From: Mobula birostris
Lineage: Eukaryota
Assembly (NCBI RefSeq): GCF_030028105.1
Contig: NC_092384.1
Location: 16,685,629 to 16,749,628, forward strand
Direction of reading: 5' to 3'
Length of the DNA stretch: 64,000 bases
The notes beneath the pieces are model-generated. The model had not been told where the DNA came from. It ran no database searches and saw only the letters and a list, made by a program, of their open reading frames with translations. The position numbers and the translations under genes were made by a program. Position 1 is the stretch's first letter. The number at the start of each line of letters is the position of its first letter. Of the stretch, positions 49,496-60,500 are shown one piece after another.

Positions 49496-51039
49496 AAACC
49501 TCGACATTACCACTTCATGTAATGTTGTCTACCTGTTCCTTGTTCCCTTAACACTGCTTTTAACATAACAACGGACCAGTACAGCACAGGAGTAGGACCT
49601 TCAGCTAAGCTGTCCGTCGCGAACACGATGCCAAATTAAACTAAATATCTACTAGTTGCAGTCCCTCATTTAATTAATCAGAAAGGAGAATGTTTTCCTC
49701 ATGAAATCCGTTTACAATGTCTTTAATCTTCAAAGTAGTTGGTTCTCCATTCAATGCTCTCAGAGAATGGCTCACACATATATATCAAGTATTTAGTTGT
49801 TTTTAAGAATTCTTTCGCGTATTTATTTCCAGAATGAACATAGCACAGAAACAGAAAATATAGACGTTGCAGCACAACTTGAGAAACATTTAGCTGACAG
49901 GAGCAAAATATCAAATATTGCTTAAATTGAACTTATTGATCTACTCTTAAACGTCCAGTGTGATAACACGAGCTGTCTGCTACATAGAGGTTTCAAAGAG
50001 GAGCAATCTTTGAGCACAAATTTTCCATGATGTTACCAGCAGGCTCACGAGTGCAATTCTATTCTCAGGTAGCGTATTCGGTCCCATAGGCACAAAGTTC
50101 AAATGCATTCTTGGTAAACTGACAGATGAATTAAAATTCTATTCCGAGCATCTTTTTCACAGAAAACTTGCAGAAGCTCGCATGCAAATATTCGCATTTG
50201 TGAATAATAAGCAGGATGTGAAAATATATCTATTTTAAGAGGATATGAAACTTCGTCGGAATTGAACAAAAACAGCTGGCCTTTCAAACGGGCAGATAAA
50301 ATAGGAAAAGAAACACAAGAATGTACTCACTTCTTTCGAAGTTAATAGAAATACTTGGATTCATAATTCACGAATGTAGAGTTAGCAGTCCAGAAACACA
50401 ATTCTGTGAAAAGAAGGTAAATTGAAGAGTGAATTCTGTTGATCTGCCTGCACATTCTAACCCGATCTGCTGAATATTCCGTGCATTCCATATTCAAGAG
50501 TCCAACGAGTTGGACCATTCGTCTTTTTTGTTATCTATTCTATTAGGCCACTTTATATTCCCTGAATATGGAATTTTATTCAGTTTCTTATGCTACCATA
50601 ATCCGTAAAAGTCCTGATTCCCGCAGGTGTAACTGATCCGCGAGATGAGTATGCCATTTGGAACAATTTTCAACTGCTGAGGCAGCTGGCATGAAAGGAG
50701 GGTCATGGAGGTCAAGCTAGGTATAGATTCTGGAAGGTGATGAGCAGAAAGGCAAAGGCTACCAGTTCTGGAATCTAACAAATAAAGGAGAAAGATAGTG
50801 GGGACCATTAGAGGAGAGGTGAAGGGCAGATGGAGCCAAGACAAGATGGGGGAAGGGAAAGGCTTTGTGTGAAATGTGTGTGTTGTGGATGGATGCAACC
50901 ACTCGGTAGCAAAGTTTTTTGGAAAGTGTTGCTTCTTCAGATGTGGATGAGATATTCTGCCTGAAGCTGAATAGAATGATAATTTCACATTACTTGTATC
51001 AGGAAGAAAATTGGAGAAACAAGGCATAAACTTTTATTG

Positions 51040-52597
51040 ATTATAAAGCGTTTAAGAGTATAATGGTAATGATGCCTGACAATAATTCAAATAAGCTAAA
51101 ATATTTTGTGAGGATTTCCGTTTGTACTCAATGCCAAAGGCTTCTTGCGTAAGTGTCCAACAATAATCCTCCAACATTAATGGACTCCAGCTGCCTTGAT
51201 ACTATTTTTTTCATGACCGCAATCTCCTTGTGAATCCTTTCACCATGCTCGTTACGAACAGCACCAAGATCTGCATGGAAGAAGTCTAAATGGGAATGCA
51301 GAAAATGAATTTTTACTGACATGCTGCACTTCATGGTTTTATATGCTTGAATTATGTTGTCAAGTAGCTGCACATAGTTTAATGCTCTGTAGTTGCTAAT
51401 AAAATTTTCAACGACATCCTTGAATGCCTTCCACGGGATTTTCTCCGGTCCCTCTAGACATTCTTCGAATGGCCTGCCATTGATGACCTGTTTGATATGC
51501 AGACCAACAGAAAAAGCCTTCCTTAATTTTGGCATCAGTTATTCTGGGAAACATCTCACTCAAATATCGAAATCATCCACAGAAATTCTTGTACCTGGAG
51601 ACAGCAGATTTCCTCCTTGTAGTTTTGAACCCGGTAATTCTGCTTTTGCCTTTGACAAACCCAAGTCTCTGACAAAGTCATTTTACTCAGACTGTGTTTC
51701 ACAAGAGGCTCACTCGACATAAAGAGTTCAAATCCTGTATCGATATCAGTGTCGTTTTTCTATTCCTGCCTCTTACACATTGTCATCTTCCTCTGCCTCC
51801 TCTAGACTGTATGTCTCTGATGGCTTCAGTACTGCAAGACTATCATCATGCGGCTGAAGTCTCGATGCTGAAAGGAGATTGTAGTTTTCAATCGATTTCT
51901 TGTTTATAACGGAGAAACCAGACACACTGGTCAGATAGAACTAGCTCTCGCCATATCATCGGTACCACGAATGCTTGTCTTCCGAACATCTCTGAGCCAA
52001 ACTCCCAGATCAATAACGCCTGTTGAGCAACAGATGTGAAGAGCCCAGGCATTGTTTTGGTCGCCAATCATAAACTCAAAGTAGAACTCATAAGCTTTCT
52101 TAAAAAGAAGAGTCATGCTCCGCGCTTGAAATTTAAACTTATACTCGCCACAAGTATAACGGAAAATATCGCGGTTGATGCAACATCGGCGAGACATCTT
52201 GTTTTCGCAAATACCACTGAAAATAAAATTACTTGACGAGAATGAATACACGCAATATGCTATGCCCGCCGAGCATGCGCCTGAACATGATCACTGACCA
52301 ATATAAACTTAAACGCAACGCAAAGAACAGAGTGTGCATGATGCTTTTATAATCTTTCTAAAACCTGACCTGCCATGTAGCATCCGCCCTGCCTAATGCA
52401 CGGACAAGATGAACACTTTTCAACTTACATAATGGGCAACCATTTAATTGGCTTGAATTATGAATTGAAATAACAAATATAGGCGGTTTCAAAATGCTAT
52501 GTGATAGGGAAACTTCATGGTGACTTTCATGATCAGCAGCACAAAATCTCTAAGACAAACCGAAAGGTATCAAAGATGTAAACTCTTTGTTGTCCTG
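51040..52597 (-). mobile_element. Internally deleted DDE DNA transposon (tentatively Sola-like)
   Basis: N-terminal MSRRCCIN..FRYTCGEY..IGDQNNAWALHICC; C-terminal MSVKIHFLHSHLDFF..LGAVRNEHGERIHK. Superfamily name and ends tentative. Confidence 0.6.
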
Positions 52598-53036
52598 TGA
52601 ACTCGGAGGAGTGGTGGTGAACACATGTGCCTTGGAGCTGAAGGGTGCAAGAAGATGGGGCAGAGCGAGACACAGTATACGAGGGTTTATCTTCAACTGC
52701 CGAACGTGGTATCTAAGATCCTGGGTTATGGAATATGAAAGCGGAATACTCAGAGACAGGCCACAGAATGTTAACCTTTGATGCAAGCCCTTGAGGAATA
52801 TTGTATCATTTCTTAATGCATGCATTACTAAATGACAATAAAAGAGGACTGCGGGTCTTCATAATCTAAAAGGACCTGGTAAGAGACAAGAAAGCCGTGC
52901 TGCAGCAAGGCAAAATGACTCGGTTTAACCGCAATTGCGAACCACTTTGATCTTTTTAAATGGTATGTTTTTCTTAGAGGAAGTACAATGAAGTTTCTCT
53001 AAATTAGGTCAAGCGGCATCTATGGAGAGAAGTGAA

Positions 53037-53074
53037 CGGTCGAAGTTTCGTGTCCAGACTCTTCATCAGGACTG
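53037..53074 (-). ncRNA. Degenerate PLE hammerhead motif
   Basis: CAGTC-CTGATGA-AGAGTCTGGACAC-GAAA-CTTC-GACCG; palindrome broken, within a decayed PLE end ~53010-53170. Confidence 0.6.
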
Positions 53075-53529
53075 GAAGAACGGAAAGCAGGAGGACAAGT
53101 AGCCAGTATTAAAAGGTCAGGAAAAGGTTGGAGCAAGAGTTGGAGAGTAATAACTGGATCCAGGGGAGGAAGTGATTAACATCACTCTCCTAAATCACTT
53201 GATCCTCCCTTGCATTCCTCACAAACTACCTCGATGTTTAATCAGACTAAATTCCTCGCTCACGATCATGGCTGATCCAATCAGAAACTTTGATTCGACT
53301 TTCCTTTTCGTCTTCAACACACATCAGAATCAGTCAGCTTTACCTTGTTTCTATTCGGTTGCTTTTTAAAATTCTCCAGCAAACTACTGATATGATTTAC
53401 GCCATGTAATCTAAAAGACTGGAACAATTGAAGAAAATCATATTTCAAATCTCGTTCTGGCAGCGTGCGAGTTTGCGTTCAGCTAATGAATTAACGAATC
53501 GTATGAATAATGGTGCCCACGACTGAGGT

Positions 53530-54560
53530 ACAGCACCGATCTCTCTAATATTCCCTCTCATTGGATTCCCAATTGTTGATGTCGATGTTACATTTCTTCA
53601 TGTTGGCTTTAAAGTCGTCTTTGAATTTCTTATGTTGTCCGCCTTTTATGTTTGCCTTCTTTAAGCTGGGAGTAGAAGATTTCTGTCGGCAGACGTTCGT
53701 CTTTCATCCGAACAACATGACCACTCCATCTTAGTTGGTTCTTGATGACGTGGGCTTCAAAGTTGTTGTTTTTGCTTTATTTAGCATACTGACGTTGGTC
53801 CTTCTATCTACCCAGCTGACAGTTAAGATGTTTCGAAGACAGCATTGACGGAATTTTTCAAGCGTCTTCAGATGTCGTCGGTATGTTGTCCAGGTTTCTG
53901 ATGCATACAGTAGCGTTGGAATTACCACTGCTTGGTACACTAACATTTTGGTGTCTGTTCGGATGTCACGATCACGAAAGATTCTTGTTCGGAGACGTCC
54001 AAAAGCTGTTCCAGCGCATGTTGGATCTCGTCATTAAGGTTGACATTGGAGGAGAGGTGACTTTCAAGATACAGAAAGTGGTCCACATTTTCCAGGGTTG
54101 TTTCGCCAAGTCTCCTGGCAGCATCCACGCTCCAAACACTGGAACCTCTCGACTACATCATCGTACGATCTCGGGACAAACAAGATGTACTGATAACAAG
54201 AGCTGTTACTGGTGCTGACGAGTGCTGGACAGACCATCGACTCATCTTGTCCACCGTGAGAATGAAGATTCGGCCCAAAAGGAAACACCAAAATCAGAAC
54301 ACTATTAAGAAATTTAATGTTGACATCCTTCAAGACATCAGCCATGTACAGAGGTTCCAACAAAATCTTCAAGAACAACTGCCTCAACAAATCCCACCAT
54401 CTGTAGAAGAACACTGGAATCAATTGATGAACGCTGCCAACACCTCCTGCGAAGAAACAATTGGGTTCAAGACGAAAAAAAGATCAGGATTGGTTCGATG
54501 ATAACGACAAACTGCTCCAACAATTTATCGATGGAAAGAGAAAAGCTTTCAAGAATTGTA
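53530..54560. mobile_element. RTE-clade LINE fragments in opposite orientations (53530-54150 on -, 54150-54560 on +)
   Basis: Minus: VYQAVVIPTLLYASETWT, LENVDHFLYLESHLS. Plus: CWTDHRLILS, QDWFDDN. Confidence 0.85.
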
Positions 54561-54969
54561 TTTCAAGTAATCAATTTATACTGACATTTTAACTGTCAAA
54601 CACGACAGTTTTAAGTCTTCCATTGTATCATTTATCATTTCTATCATTAGAACTAAAAAACATAAACGAGAAAATGTGAGATTCTTACCATGTTATGCGT
54701 TTACGATCAATCTTGAGACAATTATGAGCAGACCTAAAATTACCAGTCTGTCCAACGCCCACACTAGAATCAGTCTTTTCTGCGTTCTGTCTAGGTGAGA
54801 TGCAAAATAAGGAACCGTGAAACAAATACACTTATACAGGGGTTACGGATGTCTAAGGTCGAGCACTTTAAATGTGTCGCAACTGGAGGAGCTCAGCAAG
54901 TTAGGCAACATTTATGGAGGGGAATGAACAGTGCACGTTTCGGACGGAGATGCTTCAAAAGTACTGTAA

Positions 54970-55660
54970 AGGAAGGGCCCAGAAACCTGCATGTCTGTTG
55001 GGGTCATCTATTGTATACGGTGCTCCTAGCGCGACATCGCTGAGACCCCACCGCAGATTAAGGTACCTCTTTGACGAGCGCACTCGCTCTGTCCACCGCA
55101 AAGGTTAGGTTCCCCTGGTGCCTACCCATTCAAATTCGACTTCCCATTCCCATTTGAACATGCCTGTCGATGGCCTCCTTTACTGCTGAGGCCAAACTCA
55201 GGCTGGAGGAGTAAAACTCTTTATTTTCTTTGGTTCGCTTTTAAACTGATGGCAAGAATATCGATTTCTGTAACTTCCCGTTATTTGTCTCCCCTCTTTC
55301 CTTGTTTCATGAATTCCAAGTCCACTGTCCTCTGCTATTAGATTCTTTCTTCTTCTTCTTCTTCTTCTTTTTCTTCTTCTTCTTCTTCTTCAGCCTTTTA
55401 CCACTATCTCCTCCCAGTTTTGTACTTCATTCCCCTTCCAACACCCACCCACTTTCCCCCTGATCTGGTCTCATCAATTTTCTGTCAGTGTGTACTCCTT
55501 CACTCTCCTACGTATTCTGTATTCTGCCCCCTTCCTTTAGAGTCCTGATGAAGGATCTGGGCCCGAAATATCGACCGTTTGTTCATCTCCATAGATGTAG
55601 CCTGACTTGACGAGTTCCTTCAGCATTCTGTGTGCATCAAGATTTACACCATCGGCAGAA
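54970..55660 (+). mobile_element. Decayed PLE 3' end (GIY-YIG remnant, (TTC)n at 55347-55391, terminal repeat with hammerhead 55540-55577)
   Basis: Similar to 23370-23650 in opposite orientation; GAGTC-CTGATGA-AGGATCTGGGCCC-GAAA-TATC-GACCG. Confidence 0.8.
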
Positions 55661-55929
55661 TTCGTTCTGTTTATATTTTAAATGTGTCTTTCAATCTTCT
55701 GTGTACAGCAATTGGAATAATAAAATATACAAGTCCAATAGCAAGTTAATGATGGAATTTATAGGGCAAACGGATTACATTACCCAGGCACAAGAAACTG
55801 CAGATGCTGGAATCTGGAGCAACAATCCATCTGCTCGAAAAACCCAACGGTTCAAGCAGCATTTGTTGGAGGAACGCAATTATAAGGTTTCGGGTCAAAA
55901 CCCTGCATCGTGACAATATTGACCATATT

Positions 55930-56512
55930 GCCTCTCATTCTCAATCCTTTGACATTCTGCATACCAACCACGATGCCTGGTCAAGCTAGTCCCACTTGCC
56001 TTATTTTGGTCCATTAACTGCTGAACCCTTACTATCTACAGACCCGTGGAAATGTTTTGTAACCGTTGCTATTGCATCTACTTCAACAATATCCTCTGGC
56101 AGGTCATTCCATATCACCCTCCTCGAAAAAAAGTTGCACTCAAGTTCCTACTGAACCTTTCCACTTGCACCCTTAATCTATGTCGTCAAGTTCTTGATTC
56201 GTTAACTTTGGGAAAAAAGGCTTGAGTGAATTCATTCTATCCATGCCACTCATGATTTCATACACTTCTAAACTGTGAGGAAAGAAACCCTAGCCGGGTC
56301 AACCAGTCCCAACAATCAGACCCTCAAGGCCTGTCAACATCACTGTAAATCGTTACAGCATTCTTTTCAGTTTTATAATATCTTCCCTCCAGGAGGTTGC
56401 CCAAAACTGAACACGATACTCTAAACGTGGTCTCACCAGTGTCTTGTTTTAACCACAACATAATCTCCTCATCACTCTACTGAATGCCCTGATTGATAAA
56501 AGCCAGCATGTC
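55930..56512 (-). mobile_element. Decayed CR1 3' fragment
   Basis: Reverse complement resembles the 36285-36800 region. Confidence 0.6.
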
Positions 56513-56516
56513 AAAA

Positions 56517-57082
56517 TGTCATGGTCCGGTCCGTAAAGTCCTTATTCCAGTTCACGGTCCGGTCCATCGACCCTTGCTCCAGGTTTTCCTGTCTACCCAG
56601 TTACTGTTCTTGAGTTCTAATTGAGGCACCTGATGCCAGTTGGGGCTGGCTGCATAAATACCCTCAGAGACCAGGGCGTGGCTGCTCCATTGTTCTTGTC
56701 CTACTCCTTGTATCCCTTCCTCTGCCTTCTGTTTCCTCGCCGGTAGCCCTGCCTTGTCTTGCCGGTAACTCTCGCCTCGCCTTGCTTTGCCCGAAGCCTT
56801 ACTTTGTCTTGCCGGTAGCTCTTGCCTCACCTGAATTTCTCGTCTCCCCTTGCATTGCCTGAAGCCTTGCCTTGTCTTGCTGGGAACTCTCGCTTCGTCT
56901 CGCCTGCAGTCTTGTACTGGAGCCACTCTTTACCTAGCTCCCTTCCTGTCCCTTGCCTCCGTCAGGTAAGCCAGGCCGTCTTGCCATTACCTGCGGTTGG
57001 TTCTGTCCCATCCTGTCCCTTGCCTCTGTCGGGTGGTAATCCATGCCCTGCCCAGGAGAACTGCGCCCTGACCAGGAGGAGC
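56517..57082 (+). mobile_element. LTR-like sequence leading into the tandem array
   Basis: Starts TGTCATGGTCCGGTCC, TATA-like CATAAATA 56653-56660, pyrimidine-rich short internal repeats. No 3' CA end visible in the window. Confidence 0.5.
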
Positions 57083-57545
57083 CTGCCTAGCCTCAAGCCT
57101 GAAGACCCCAGCCTCCTGCCTGGCCTCAAGCCTGAAGACCCCAGCCTCCTGCCTGGCCTCAAGCCTGAAGACCCCAGCCTCCTGCCTGGGCTCAAGCCTG
57201 AAGAGTCCATCCTCCTGCCTGGCCTCAAGCCTGAAGAGTCCCGCCTCCTGCCTGGCCTCAAGCCTGAAGAGTCCAGCCTCCTGCCTGGCCTCAAGCCTGA
57301 AGAGTCCAGTCTCCTGCCTGGCCTCAAGCTTGAAGAGTCCTGCCTCCTGCCTGGCCTCAAGCCTGAAGAGTCCAGCCTTCTGCCTGGCCTCAAGCCTGAA
57401 GAGTCCAGTCTCCTGCCTGGCCTCAAGCCTGAAGAGTCCCGCCTCCTGCCTGGCCTCAAGACTGAAGAGTCCAGTCTCCAGCCTGGCCTCAAGCCTGAAG
57501 AGTCCATCCTCCTGCCTGGCCTCAAGCCTGTAGCCTCTAGCCTCC
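57083..57545 (+). repeat. 33-bp minisatellite, ~14 copies (CCTGGCCTCAAGCCTGAAGAGTCCAGCCTCCTG)
   Basis: Direct reading; translates as (PGLKPEESSLL)n. Confidence 0.95.
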
Positions 57546-60500
57546 TGCCAAGCCTTGGCTCAAGTCTCTAGCCTCAAGCCTGAAGACTCCAGCCTCTTGC
57601 CTCCTGCCAAGCCTCGCCTCTAGCCTCAAGTCGCAACCCTGAAGACTCCAGCCTCCTGCCTCCTGCCACGCCTCGCCTCTAGCCTCAAGCCTCAAGCCTC
57701 AAGCCTGAAGACTCAAGCCTGAAGACTCCAGCCTCCTGCCTCCTGCCAAGCCTCGCCTCTAGCCTCAAGGTTCAAACTTGAAGACTCCAGCCTCCTGCCT
57801 CCTGCCAAGCCTCGCCTCTAACCTCAAGCCTCAAGCCTGAAGACTCCAGCCTCCTGCCTCCTGCCAAGCCTCTCCTCAAGCCTCAAGACTCAAGCCTGAA
57901 GACTCCAGCCTCGTGCCTCCTGCCACGCCTCGCCTCCAGCCTCAAGCCTCAAGCCTGAAGACTCCAGCCTCCTGCCTCCTGCCAAGCCTGGGCTCAAGTC
58001 CCTAGCATTAAGCCTCAAGCTTCAAGACTACAGCCTCCTGCCTCTTGCCAAGCAGCGGCTCAAGTCTCTAGCCTCAAGCCTCAAGCCTAAAGACTCCAGC
58101 CTCCAGCCTACTGCCAAGCCTCGCCTCTAGCCTCAAGCCTCAAGCCTGAAGACTCCAGCTTCCTGCCTCCTGCCAAGCCTCTCCTCTAGCCTCAAGCTTC
58201 AAGCCTGAAGACTCCAGCCTCCTGCTTCCTGCCAAGCCTCTCCTCTAGACTCAAGCCTCAAGCCTGGACTCCAGCCTCCTGCTTCCTGCCAAGCCTCTCC
58301 TCTAGACTCAAGCCTCAAGCCTGGACCCCAGCCTCCTGCCTCCTGCCAAGCCTCGCCTCTAGCCGCAAGTCCCAAGCCTGAAGACTCCAGCCTCCTGCGT
58401 CCTGCCAAGCCTCGCCTCTAGCCTCAAGCCTCAAGCCCGAAGACTTCAGCCTCCTGCCTCATGCCAAGTCTCGCCTCTAGCCTCAAGCCGCAAGCCTCAA
58501 GACTGAAGACTCCAGCTTCCTGCCTCCTGCCAAGCCTCGCCTCTAGCCTCTAGCCTCAAGCCTCAAGCCTGAAGACTCCAGCCTCCTGCGTCCTGCCAAG
58601 CCTCGCCTCTAGCCTCTAGCCTCAAGCCTCAAGCCTGAAGACTCCAGCCTCCTGCCTCCTGCCACGGGTCGCCTCTAGCCTCAAGGTTCAAGCCTGACGA
58701 CTCCACCCTCCTGCCTCCTGCCAAGCCTCGCCTCTAGTCTCTAGCCTCAAGCTTCAAGCCTGAAGACTCCAGCCTCCTGCCTCCTGCCAAGCCTCGCCTC
58801 TAGCTTCAAGCCACAAGCCTGAAGACTCCAGCCTCCTGCCTCCTGCCAAGCCTCTCCTCTAGCCTCAAGCCTCAAGCCTGAAGACTCCAACCTCCTGCCT
58901 GCTGCCAAGCCTAGCCTCTTGCCTCAAGCTTCAAGCCTGAAGACTCCAGCCTCCTGCCTCCTGCCAACCCTCGCCTCTAGCCTCAAGCCTCAAGCCTGAA
59001 GACTCCAGCCTCCTGCCTCCTGCCAAGCCTCGCCTCTAGCCTCTAGCCTCAAGCTTCAAGCCTGAAGACTCCAGCCTCCTGTCTCCTGCCAAGCATCGCC
59101 TCTAGCCTCAAGCCTCAAGCCTCAAGCCTGAAGACTCCAGCCTCCTGCCTCCTGCCAAGCCTCGCCTCTAGCCACAAACCTCAAGCCCGAAGTCTCCAGC
59201 CTCCTGCGTCATGCCAAGTGTCGCCTGTAGCCTCAAGCCTCAAGCCTCAAGCCTGAAGACTCCAGCCTCCTGCCTCCTGCCAAGCCTCGCCTCTAGCCTC
59301 AAGGTTCAAGACTGAAGACTCCAGCCTACTGCCTCCTGCCAAGCCTCGCCTCTAGCCTCTAGCCTCAAGTTTCAAGCCTGAAAACTCCAGCCTCCTGCCT
59401 CCTGCCACGTCTCGCCTCTAGCCTCAAGCCTCAAGCCTCAAGCCTGAAGACTCCAGCCTCCTGCCTCCTGCCAAGCCTCGCCTCTAGCCTCAAGGTTCAA
59501 GACTGAAGACTCCAGCCTACTGCCTCCTGCCAAGCCTCGCCTCTAGCCTCTAGCCTCAAGCTTCAAGCCTGAAGACTCCAGCCTCCTGCCTCCTGCCAAG
59601 CCTCGCCTCTAGCCTCAAGCTTGAAGACTCCAGCCTCCTGCCTCCTGCCACGCCTCGCCTCTAGCCTCAAGCTTCAAGCCTGAAGACTCCAGCCTCCTGC
59701 CTCCTGCCAAGCCTCGCCTCTAGCCTCAAGCCTCAAGCCTGAAGACTCCAACCTCCTGCCTCCTGCCAAGCCTAGCCTCTAGCCTCTAGCCTCAAGGTTC
59801 AAGCCTGAAGACTCCAGCCTCCTGCCTCCTGCCACGCCTCGCCTCTAGCCTCAAGCCTCAAGCCCGAAGACTCCAGCCTCCTGCCTCCTGCCAACCCTCG
59901 CCTCTAGCCTCAAGCCTCAAACCTGAAGACTCCAGCCTCCTGCCTCCTGCCAAGCCTCGCCTCTATCATCAAGCCTCAAGCCTGAAGACTCCAGCCTCCT
60001 GCCTCCTGCCAAGCCTCGCCTCTAGCCTCAAGCCTCAAGCCTGAAGACTCCTGCCTCCTGCCTCCTGCCAAGCCTCGGCTCAAGTCTCTAGCGTTAAGCC
60101 TCAAGCTTCAAGACTACAGCCTCCTGCCTCCTGCCAAGCCTCGGCTCAAGTCTCTAGCCTCAACCTCAAGCCTGAAGGCTCCAGCATCCTGCCTCCTGCC
60201 AACCCTCGCCTCTAGCCTGAAGCCTCAAACCTCAAGCCTGAAGACTCCAGCTTCCTGCCTCCTGCCAAGCCTCGCCTCTAGCCTCAAGCCTCAAGCCTGA
60301 GGACTCCAGCCTCCTGCCTCCTGTCAAGCCTCGGCTCAAGTCTCTAGCGTTAAGCCTCAAGCTTCAAGACTACAGCCTCCTGCCTCCTGCCAACCCTCGC
60401 CTCTAGCCTCAAGCCTCAAACCTGAAGACTCCAGCCTCCTGCCTCCTGCGAAGCCTCGCCTCTATCATCAAGCCTCAAGCCTGAAGACTCCAGCCTCCTG

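Noticed and set aside
50327-50400. Exon-like segment on - (ttcttttcacAG...GTGAGT), and a similar one near 54690-54735
   Set aside because: No link to any recognisable protein; could be UTR or lncRNA exons but unsupported without RNA data.
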